From: Chiloscyllium plagiosum | Taxonomy: Eukaryota | Direction of reading: 5' to 3' | DNA length: 42,191 bases | NCBI RefSeq assembly: GCF_004010195.1 | Contig: NW_025215345.1 | Span: 33,540 to 75,730, forward strand | In this document: positions 1 through 8,700 of the stretch, piece by piece | Layout of the letters: every line of letters begins with the position of its first letter | Position numbering within the stretch: position 1 is the stretch's first letter | Notes under the pieces: model-generated | Database searches by the model: none | Told to the model about the DNA's origin: nothing | What the model saw: the letters and a program-made list of their open reading frames with translations, nothing else | Translations under genes and position numbers: made by a program

Positions 1-97
1 TATGGGCCAAATACAGGCAAGTGGGACGAGTTCGGTTTGAGAATCCATGGATGATTTGAACCAAAGGGTCTGTTTCTGTGCTGTATATCTCTCTGAA
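1..97 (+). mobile_element. 3' UTR/tail fragment of a CR1-clade LINE (HER1-like, elasmobranch type); truncated by the window edge
   Basis: Reads tatgggccaaa...gtgggac...aagggtctgtttctgtgctgtatatctct. It is similar to the reverse complements of 1659-1745 and 3279-3306 in this window. Family assignment is from memory of shark CR1 3' ends. Confidence 0.75.
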
Positions 98-99
98 TC

Positions 100-175
100 A
101 GAAGTGATCTTATTGAACCCAGTAGAATTCTGAGAGGGGCTTGACAGAATAGATGCAGATAAAATGTGCCTTTGT
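100..175 (+). mobile_element. Decayed CR1 LINE ORF2 C-terminal fragment
   Basis: Manual translation from 100 gives RSDLIEPSRILRG, then after a +1 frameshift LDRIDADKMCL. This resembles the CR1 ORF2 C-terminal motif RGDLIETYKILRGLDRVD..MFPL. Confidence 0.65.
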
Positions 176-185
176 TGAGGAGGGT

Positions 186-379
186 CACAGAATCCTGACA
201 ATGTAAAAGCAGGCCATTCGGCCCATCTATTCCACATTGGCCCTCCTATTCCACATTGGCCCTCCATATTGCTACCCATCCATACACACCCCCTTACTCC
301 TTATTTTCCATGGCTAATCCACCCTAAACTGCACATCTCTGGGCACTGTGGGTAATTTAGCACTGCCAATCCACCCTAA
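186..379 (-). mobile_element. HE1-like SINE fragment (3' part with LINE-related tail)
   Basis: Contains tail-like cacagaatcc...gcaggccattcggccca and the internally repeated body ggctaatccaccctaaactgcacatctct...aatttagcactgccaatccaccctaa, which I recognise as the antisense of shark HE1-type SINEs. The tRNA-derived head is not present. Confidence 0.65.
227..264. repeat. Perfect 19-bp tandem duplication inside the SINE
   Basis: ctattccacattggccctc at 227-245 and 246-264. Confidence 0.95.
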
Positions 380-663
380 TTTATAATTTACCTTCTGAAG
401 AATGTAATTTAAGTACAGAGCTTTTCTAAGAAAAATGTCAGTCTGACTGGTCATTGGGACACAAACAGAATTCACACCTCAGTTCAAAAAGCTCTGCATT
501 TCAATGGCATTTTTGAGAAGGTAATTAAAACCAAATTCTGGGATTAACATACCAAAGAGCAGAAACCCGTTCTAAAAGATGAAAGATTTAATCTAAAATT
601 GTTTAATGCATCACATTTCCATAATACTTGACTCCTTTGGCTATAAATTCCGTGACCATGATC

Positions 664-764
664 TCATTCTCCACAAACACCTGATGAAGGAGCAGTGCTC
701 CAAAAGCTAGTGCTTCCAAACAAATCTGTTGGATTATAACCTGTGTGATTTTTAACTTTGTCCA
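664..764 (+). mobile_element. Penelope-like element terminal-repeat fragment, copy 1
   Basis: About 80 bp closely similar to 3631-3718 (gatgaaggagcagtg.tcc.aaagc.agtgcttccaaa.aaa.ctgttggattataacc...tgtgtga.ttttaactttgt). It contains a minimal hammerhead core of the kind typical of Penelope-like elements. Confidence 0.65.
678..712 (+). ncRNA. Degenerate minimal type I hammerhead ribozyme (G12A, probably inactive)
   Basis: Stem I CAC 678-680 pairs with GTG 710-712. Core CTGATGA 681-687. Stem II GGAGC 689-693 pairs with GCTCC 697-701. AAAA 702-705 replaces GAAA. Palindromic stem III AGCT 705-708, cleavage-site A at 709. Confidence 0.7.
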
Positions 765-1658
765 TGGAAACTCGTAAGTTGTGGGACTGGTAACAGTTGT
801 CATTTTGTGATCTGTTCCAAGTGAAATTTATCCTCTGCTCAGGCACAGGTGAACAGTCTGTTCTTTGACTTTGGGGATGACCAGGCTGGCAGTTATTAAA
901 TGCTTATGTTAACCAACAGAAGCAAACTGTAGATCAGCAATCGTTACTCGATAGCCCTGATAATCCTGATGGGTCAACAGAGAGAGAGAGGGAGAGGATG
1001 TCACATCTAAAGTGCATACAGAAAAGTTGTTTTGCTTGTTCAGTCAGTTGAGTTGGTTCTGCACTCAGATGAGAGTAGATACTGCTTTTAATGGATCATA
1101 ATTAAACACTATGATTGAACACCTTAATTTCAAGGAACGCTGAAAGGGCAAATTGAGCTGTAACCTTGAAGGGAGATGTTCTTCCATTTCTAACCTTGGA
1201 TTACCCAACTGAGACATTTTTACTGAGAGCTCCATAATCATTTTACTGCTGGATTTTTTTCAGGGCAAATAATTTCTGGGAGAAAATTTCTATCCTGGGA
1301 AGGCAGGGAAATTTAAAGAAAAGGCTGTTAAAAGCATTTTAACTGTGGCCCCACGAGCTTTCATGGAGCAGCGCATTTTCCATAAAGATTTCAGAGAAAT
1401 TCTGTCTAACTGTTGGACTGAAAATAGTTTCCCCATTGAATGTTAAACAGCTATTGAGAACATTGCACATTATAAAGTGCGTTCCTGAGGACCGGAGGAG
1501 GATTGAACTTGCCAACGTGAACCATATTTCGCAGAGAGAGGAAATTTCTCAGGATTGAAGAGGTTGATAGAAGTCAACAATTGTCAAATTATTTCATGAA
1601 AAGTACAGCTGGTATGGGGAGATGACTGGGGATCCCAGAAGAGGAGTATCTGTAATGA

Positions 1659-1790
1659 GCACATAGAAACAAACCCTTCAGTCCAGGCCAACCAGATATC
1701 CTAAAGTAATCTAGTGACCCATTTGTCAGCATTTGGCCGATATCCCTCTGATTCCTTCGTTATTCATGTTCCCATCCAGATGCATTTTTT
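1659..1790 (-). mobile_element. CR1-clade LINE 3' end fragment
   Basis: agcacatagaaacaaacccttc...ccagatatcctaaa...ccatttgtcagcatttggccgatatccctct...ccatccagatgc is similar to the reverse complement of bases 1-90. Confidence 0.7.
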
Positions 1791-3029
1791 TTTCTTCGGA
1801 GAATACTTGGGTGAGAGCCAAGATATTGCTCTTGCTCATCCTTTCCCTTCGTGCTAATTGTAGCTGGAGAAGCCTGAAATCTGAAAAGGATTTCCTGAAA
1901 AAAACATTGATTCAATGTTGGGCTCAGTGATGGATTTTCGAAAGCTTTGCGATTGTAGTTTTCAATTTGACAAAAAAACTTTCAGTCATTATTGTCCAAG
2001 ACAAAGTAGATATTCATTTAAGATATAATTGAGATATATATGTTCTTCACAATGTTTTTCCTTCATTACCAGTGATTGTCTGTCATTGGTACATTGAACA
2101 TCATCTTTTTGTGATTCAACAGATATGATTTGAATTGAATTCTGTAAGATGGTTTTGTATTTTATTTAACTTTGTGTGAACGATTTACTTTTCATGACTT
2201 TATTAAAATATCTTAATGTATTATAATGAAGCAGCTAATTTATTCTGAAATTATTTCAATTAGTTGGTCAATTGCCGAATAATAGCTGCATAATTGTTGT
2301 AAATATTGATACACAGGAAAGCTATTTTGTTTAATATATTTGTAAAGATCTTATCAAAACTATAGAATTGTTTTTCATAAGAAATAAAATTTGCAGTGTT
2401 TTATTAAATGGTTGAAAGTAACTTTGCACTTAATTGCTCTGTTTGGGATTAAACATTGCGATTTTGATAAAAATAGTCTTTCAGAGTTAATGGTGAGTGT
2501 ATTAACAAATGAATGTTGCCATTTGCTCTTGAATTACCTCAAGCTCAATTTGAAATTCTTGAATGAGTTGAATAAGGGGGACAAAGTGAATATTTATTGC
2601 ACTTTGCTGAAATTCTCTGCACTGCCAATGCATTTGGTTAAACAAGATATGTATCTCTCTTGATAACTTTGTATTTCTTTGATATTTTATTTGTCAGTGC
2701 TAGTGCCCAAACATCCTAAATAAAAACGTTTTGGCATTTGGTGAAGTTGTGAATTTTCAGTCTGTTTCACAATTAAAGACACAACCAATCTAAAGATTAA
2801 ATACATATAACAACGTCAAAGAGATTGTGATAATAGAAAGTCAACATATAGAATTGCCAATGAAACATAAACCGTGGCTGCTCTGAATTTGGTACAGACT
2901 GAATATCAATTGAAATGATCAGAATTAGTAGACATGATGGCATTGTGCGCAAACTGTGTGTAATGTGAGTTCAGAATTTTTCTGATCACTTAATTCTAAC
3001 ACATGCAGTGATGGCAGCACCCTAATCTG

Positions 3030-3101
3030 TTTTATTTGTTCATGGACTGTGAGCATCACTGGCAAAGCCAGTATTTTTCATCATCCCTTAATTTCCCTTG
3101 A
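3030..3101. mobile_element. Short fragment of an elasmobranch interspersed repeat (probably a LINE 3' end in antisense)
   Basis: ttatttgttcatgg...actggcaaagccagtattt...catcccttaatttcccttga resembles a common shark repeat. Recognition only; family not determined. Confidence 0.4.
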
Positions 3102-3278
3102 ATATTGGGTGAGGTCAAGGTGAGGTTGAGTTGCAAGGTCTACTGGCTTACCCTGTCCCCGACAAAACAGAGACTTTGGGAGGAGAACAAAAATTGGAAG
3201 TTTACTTAAATATTGATGCTCCCATTTATCTCTCTCAAAAGGCAATTGTTTGGTCCATCAAATTTGTAATGGATCTTT

Positions 3279-3616
3279 TATAGAGTCATAGAGATGTACA
3301 GCACAGTATTCTTCCAGTAACAGAGTGACCAGAAGTGTACTCAGTACTCTAGAAGTGGCCTCACCAACATCCTGTACAACCTCAACATGATGAGCCAACT
3401 CCTATACGCAGTGGGGGGAACAATAAATGCAATGGTGCTAAATACCTTCTTAACCACCCTGTCCACCAATGATGCAACTTTCAAAGAACTATGTATCTGA
3501 ATGCTCCTCCATCTCAATGTTTCTCTGTTTCAGAACATGATCCAGGGCCCTACCATTAACTGTATAAGTCCTGCCCTTCCTTGTTTTAGGAAAATGCAAG
3601 CCCTCACTTTTATTCA
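3279..3616 (-). mobile_element. Decayed CR1 LINE: ORF2 fragment fused directly to the extreme 3' tail
   Basis: The minus strand at about 3388-3311 translates MLRLYRMLVRPLLEY*VHFWSLCYWK, matching the CR1 motif LY..LVRP.LEYCVQFWSP with an in-frame stop. Bases 3279-3306 (tatagagtcatagagatgtacagcacag) are the antisense tail. Confidence 0.85.
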
Positions 3617-3630
3617 TACCTCTCAGCTAA

Positions 3631-3750
3631 CCGATGAAGGAGCAGTGTTCCGAAAGCAAGTGCTTCCAAATAAACCTGTTGGATTATAACCCGGTGTTGT
3701 GTGAATTTTAACTTTGTACACCCCAGTCCAATACCAGCTACTCCACATTG
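3631..3750 (+). mobile_element. Penelope-like element terminal-repeat fragment, copy 2, with degenerate hammerhead core
   Basis: CCGATGA 3631-3637 (U4C), stem II GGAGC 3639-3643 with GTTCC 3647-3651, intact GAAA 3652-3655, then GCAAGTG in place of GCTAGTG. Homologous to 681-762 and extends further (...tacaccccagtccaataccagc). Confidence 0.65.
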
Positions 3751-3823
3751 TTTCTAGTGAATACAGCCCACATCGCCCAGTGCTGCCAGTAAACTTTAAA
3801 ATGCTGATGTAACAACACATTAC

Positions 3824-3916
3824 CTGCAGTCCTGAAAAGTTTACAATTTCTAACAATACTAGCTCCTCATTCACTGCTCCATCTGATACACGACATCGGA
3901 AACTTCGTGCAGAAGG
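3824..3916 (-). other. Candidate 93-bp internal exon of an unidentified transcript
   Basis: On the minus strand: acceptor catttctttcag before 3916 and donor CAG|gtaatg after 3824. Length is divisible by 3 and only the phase-0 frame is open (PSARSFRCRVSDGAVNEELVLLEIVNFSGLQ). I recognise no homologue. Confidence 0.35.
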
Positions 3917-4127
3917 CTGAAAGAAATGAGCAGCTTTAAAACAAAAACCTCTTGAAGCTCAAAGCTTTTAATGAGAGCTTGAGCCCGGCGATAAGTTCAG
4001 GTAACCTTTATTGTGACAACTTCAGATTCCCCCCAGTAAAAAGGCATGGAAAACGTAGCTGCTTTTTAAACAACTCTAGGTCAAAGCGTGCAAACACCAC
4101 CCCACCTCACTTCCTTTACTATTGGTA

Positions 4128-4222
4128 AGAGAGTGTCACAGTATGTCTCAGAGAGTGTCAGAGACAGAGAGAGACAGAGAGAGTCACAGTTTACCACAGT
4201 CTGAAAGGAAGTGTCACAGATA
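4128..4222 (+). repeat. Left copy of the 95-bp direct repeat bounding the inverted block
   Basis: Identical to 5581-5675 (offset 1453) except at 4205 (a) versus 5658 (c). Confidence 0.9.
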
Positions 4223-5580
4223 GTCTCAGAATGTGCCAGAGAGTATCAGAGCGTATCACTGTGTGTCTCAGAGAGAGCCAGAGAGTGTTTCAGTGTGTCA
4301 CAGTCTGTCAGAGAGTGTCACAGTGTGTCACAGAGAGTGTAACGGAGTGTCAGAGAGAGTGAGAGAGTGTCAGAGTGAGTTTCAGAGAGTGTCAGGGAGA
4401 GTCAGAGAGTATCTCTGTGTATCTCAGAGTGTCGGAGAAAATCAGGGAGCGTCGCAATCTGTCAGACATTGTCACAGTGTGTCTGAGGAGAGTGTCAGAG
4501 AGTGTCACAGTGTATCTCAGAGAGAGTCAGAAAGTATCTCTGTGTGTCAGCGGGGAGTTAGAGAGACTCTGAGATTGTCACAGTATCTCTGAGTGTGTCA
4601 CAATGTGACATAGAGTGTCGCAGTGTGTCTCAGTGAGAGTCAGGGAGTTTCATTGCGTATGTCAGAAAGAGACAGAGTGTCACAGTGTGTCTCAGCGCAT
4701 GTCAGAGAGTGTCACAGTGCGTCTCAGAGAGCGTCACAGTTTGTTACAGTGTGTCTCAGAGCGTATCACAGTGTGTCAGAGAGCGTCACAGTGTGTCTCA
4801 GAGAGTCAGAGAGTGTCACATTGTGTCTCAGAGCGTGTCACAGTGTGTCTCAGAGAGTGTCAGAGAGCGTGAGATTGTGTCACAGTCTGTTAAAGCATGT
4901 TTCAGAGTGTTGGAGGTAGTGGGAAAGTGTCACAGTGTGTCTCAGAGTGTCACAGGGTGTCAGAGAGAGAGAGTCAGAGCGTGTCAGAGTTTGTCAGAGA
5001 GTGTGACTGTGTGTCTCAGAGAGTGTCAGAGAGAGTCAGAGAGTGTCACAGTCTGTCAGAGAGTGTCTCAGAGTGTCAGATGGAGTCAGAAATTGCTACT
5101 GTGTGTCAGAGATTGTCTCAATGTGTCAGAGAGAGATTCGGAGCGTTTCAGAGTGTGTCAGGGAGTGTCACAGTGAGTCTCAGAGAGAGTCCGAGAGTGT
5201 CACAGTATCTCAGAGAGTGTCACATTGTGTCAGAGAGTGTCAATGTGTGTCTGAGAGCGAGACGGAGAGTATCACTGTCTGTCTCAGTGAGAGTCAGAGA
5301 GGGTCAAGTGTGTCTCTGAGCGAGACAGATAGTATCACTGTCTGCCTCAGAGAGTCATAGAGTGTCACAGTGCGTCTCAGAGCGAGACAGAGAGTATCAC
5401 TGTGTGTCTTAGAGAGAGTCAGAGTGTCACAGTATCTCACAGTGCGAAACAGTCGGGGGTAGTCAGAAAGTGTCACAGTGTGTCTCAGAGTGTCACAGGG
5501 TGTCGGAGAGAGAGAGTCAGAGCGTGTCAGAGTTTGTCAGAGAGTGTGACTGTGTGTCTCTGAGAGTGTCAGAGAGAGTC

Positions 5581-5675
5581 AGAGAGTGTCACAGTATGTC
5601 TCAGAGAGTGTCAGAGACAGAGAGAGACAGAGAGAGTCACAGTTTACCACAGTCTGACAGGAAGTGTCACAGATA
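5581..5675 (+). repeat. Right copy of the 95-bp direct repeat bounding the inverted block
   Basis: agagagtgtcacagtatgtctc...cagtttaccacagtctgacaggaagtgtcacagata, a 94/95 match to 4128-4222. Confidence 0.9.
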
Positions 5676-5718
5676 CACGAGACACTCTGAGACACACGAG
5701 ACACACGAGACACTCTGA
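5676..5718. other. Inversion junction with reiterated short units
   Basis: acacgagac at 5675-5683, 5694-5702 and 5703-5711; cacgagacactctga at 5676-5690 and 5704-5718. Satellite orientation flips here. Confidence 0.85.
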
Positions 5719-8700
5719 CTCTCCTCTGACACACTGTGACAATGTTTGACACACTGTGACACTCTCTGACACAATGCGATGCTCTCTAACCTTCTGTGAC
5801 ACTCTCTAAGACACTCAGAGATACTCTCTGACTCTCTCTGACACTCTCTGAAACTTCCTCTGACAATATCTAACTCTCTCTGACACTGCATTACACTCTC
5901 TGAGACACACTGTGACACTCTCTGACAGACTGTGACACACTGGAACACTCTCTGACTCTCTCTGAGACACACAGTGATACGCTCTGATACTCTCTGGTAC
6001 ATTCTGAGACTATCTGTGACACTTTCGTTCAGACTGTGGGAAACTGTGACTCTCTCTGTCTCTCTCTGTTTCTGACACTCTCTGAGACATACTGTGACAC
6101 TCTCTGGCTCTCTCTGACACTCTCAGAGACACACAGTGACACTCTTTGACACAATTTTACGCACTGTGAGATACTGTGACACTCTCTGACTCTCTCTAAG
6201 ACACACAGTGATACTCCCTGTCTTGTTCTGAGATGCACTGTGATACTCTCTGACTCTCTCTGAGACAGAGAGTGATACTATCTGTCTCGCTCAGAGACAC
6301 ACTTGACCCTCTCTGACTCTCTCTGAGAGAGACAGTGATACGCTCTGTCTCGCTCTCAGAGACACATTGACACTCTCTGACACACTGTGACACGCTCTGA
6401 GACACACTGTAACAAACTTTGACGCTCTCTGAGACACACTGCGACATCTATGACACATTGTGACACACTCAGAGATACTGTGACACTCTCAGAGTCTCTC
6501 TGACTCTCCGCTGACACACAGAGATACTTTCTGACTCTCTCTGAGACACACTGGACACTCTCAGACTTTCTCTGAGACACACTGTGATACTCTGAATCTC
6601 CTCTGACACACTGTGACAATGTCTGGCACACTGTGCCACTCTCTAACACACCGTGATGCTCCCTAACGTTCTCCGACACGCTCTGAGATACACAGAGATA
6701 CTCTCTGACTCACTCTGACACTCTCTCACTCTGATACTCTCTGGCACATTCTGAGACTATCTGTGACACTTTCTTTCAGACTGTGGTAAACTGTGACTCT
6801 CTCTGTCTCTCTCTCTCTCTATGTGACACTCTCTGAGACATACTGTGACACTCTCTGAGACACACAGTGAAACTCTCTGTCTCGCTCTGAGAGATGCTGT
6901 GACAGTCTCTGACACAATGTGACACTCTCTGAGACACTGTGACACACTCTGACACACTATGACATTCTCTGACGCACTGAGACACACTCTGAAACACTTT
7001 GGCACTCTCTGAGACACACCGTGAAACACTTTGACACTCTCTGAGATACACGATAACACTCTCTGACACTCTGAGACACGCATTGATGCTCTCTGATACT
7101 CTCTGAGACACACAGTGATACTCTCTGACTCTCTTCGAGGCACATTGTGACACGCTCTGACACACTGTGACACTCTGACTCTCCTCTGACACACTGTGAC
7201 AATGTCTGACACACTGTGACACTCTCTGACACACTGCGACGCTCTCTAACATTCTGTGACACTCTCTAAGGCACTCAGAGATACTCTCTGACTCTCTCTG
7301 ACACTCTCTGAAACTTCTTCTGACAATCTCTAACTCTCTCTGACACTCCACTACACTCTCTAAGACACACTGTGACACTCTCTGACAGACTGTGACACAC
7401 TGCAACACTCTCTGACTCTCTCTGAGACACACAGTGACACTCTCTGACAAATTATGAGATAGTCTGTGACACTTTCGTTCAGACTGTGGTAAACTGTGAC
7501 TTTCTTTGTCTCTCTCTGACACACTACGACACTCTCTGACACACTATGACACGCTCTTGCTATCCCTCTGACACACTGTGACAGTCTCTGCCACACTGTG
7601 AGACTCTCTGACACACCGAGACACACTGTGACACTCTGTGACTACCTCTGAAACTCTGACACATGCTCTGACAGACTGTGACACTCTCTGACTCTCGCTG
7701 AGACACGCTGTGGCATTCTCTGACACACTTAGACACTCTCTGACTCTCTCTCTGACACCCTGTGACACTCTGAAGCACTGTGACACTCTCTGACACTCTG
7801 AGACACACTGTGACAGACCCTGACACCCTCTGAGTCACACTGTGGCACTCTCTCACTCTCTCCGTGATGCACTGCAAAACTCTCTGACACAATATCACAC
7901 TCTCTGCCTCTCTCTCTGACACTCGCAAAGACACACTGTGACACTATCTGACACACTGTGACACTCTCTGACTCTCTCGGACGCTCTCTGAGACACACTG
8001 TGACACAGTCTAACACAATGTGACACTCTCGGACTCGCTCTCTGAAACCCTTTGACACTCTCTGAAGCACTGAGACACTTGCTGACAATCTGTGAGACAC
8101 ACTGTGAAACTCTCTGACACGTTCTGAGACACAATGTGACACTCTCTGACTCTCTCTGACACAATCTGGGACAGTCTATGAACACTTTGACAGACTGTGA
8201 TAAACTGTGAGTCTCTCTGTCTATCTCTGACACTCTCTGAGACACGTTGTGCCAGTCTCTGACTCTCTCTGAGACACACTGTGACACTCTCTGACACGAT
8301 TTGACGCAGTGTGAGATACTGTGACACTCTCTGACTCTCTCTAAGACACACAGTGATACTCTCTGTCTCGCTCTGAGACGCACTGTGACAATCTCTGACT
8401 CTCTCTGAGACAGACAGTGATACTCTCCGTCTCGCTCTCAGACACACATTGACACTCTCTGACACAATGTGACACTCTCTGAGATACTGTGACACTCTCG
8501 GACTCTCTCTGATACTCACTGTGTCACTCCCTGACATACTCTGAAACTCTCTGAATCTCTCTCTGACGCATTGCGACAATCTCTGACACACTGTAACAAT
8601 TTCTGACTCCATCTGACACTCTGAGACACTCTCTGACAGTCTGTGACATTCTCTGACTCTCTCTGACACTCTCTGAGACACACAGTCACACTCTCTGACA

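Larger units (their letters stand above)
4128..5675 (-). repeat. Complex satellite, inverted block (G/A-rich strand on +)
   Basis: Built from gagagtgtcacagtgtgtctca and gagagagtca words, the reverse complement of the main array. Diagnostic inverted matches: aattgctact 5091-5100 with agtagcaatt 10646-10655, and about 5240-5446 with about 6158-6384. Confidence 0.95.

Noticed and set aside
979..996. (AG)6 run followed by ggagag
   Set aside because: Too short to be notable and not related to the satellite.
603..3874. Short ORFs 603-803, 664-846, 1733-1930, 2391-2663, 3501-3689 and 3623-3874
   Set aside because: They are short, several use non-ATG starts, and most run through repeat fragments. 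The similarity between 664-846 and 3623-3874 (GYNPT.LFGST) just reflects the shared Penelope-like repeat.
3941..3949. Perfect RSS nonamer ACAAAAACC
   Set aside because: No heptamer at 12-bp (3922-3928 agaaatg) or 23-bp (3911-3917 agaaggc) spacing, the array heptamers lie on the wrong side, and no V, D or J segment is recognisable.
4128..5675. LTR retrotransposon or TRIM suggested by the 95-bp direct repeats
   Set aside because: No TG...CA termini, primer-binding site or target-site duplication seen, and both the repeats and the interior are ordinary satellite modules.
4128..7200. Fold-back (palindromic read) sequencing artefact
   Set aside because: The arms are not mirror-symmetric about 5675-5718 and differ at many positions. 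A misassembly still cannot be excluded without reads.
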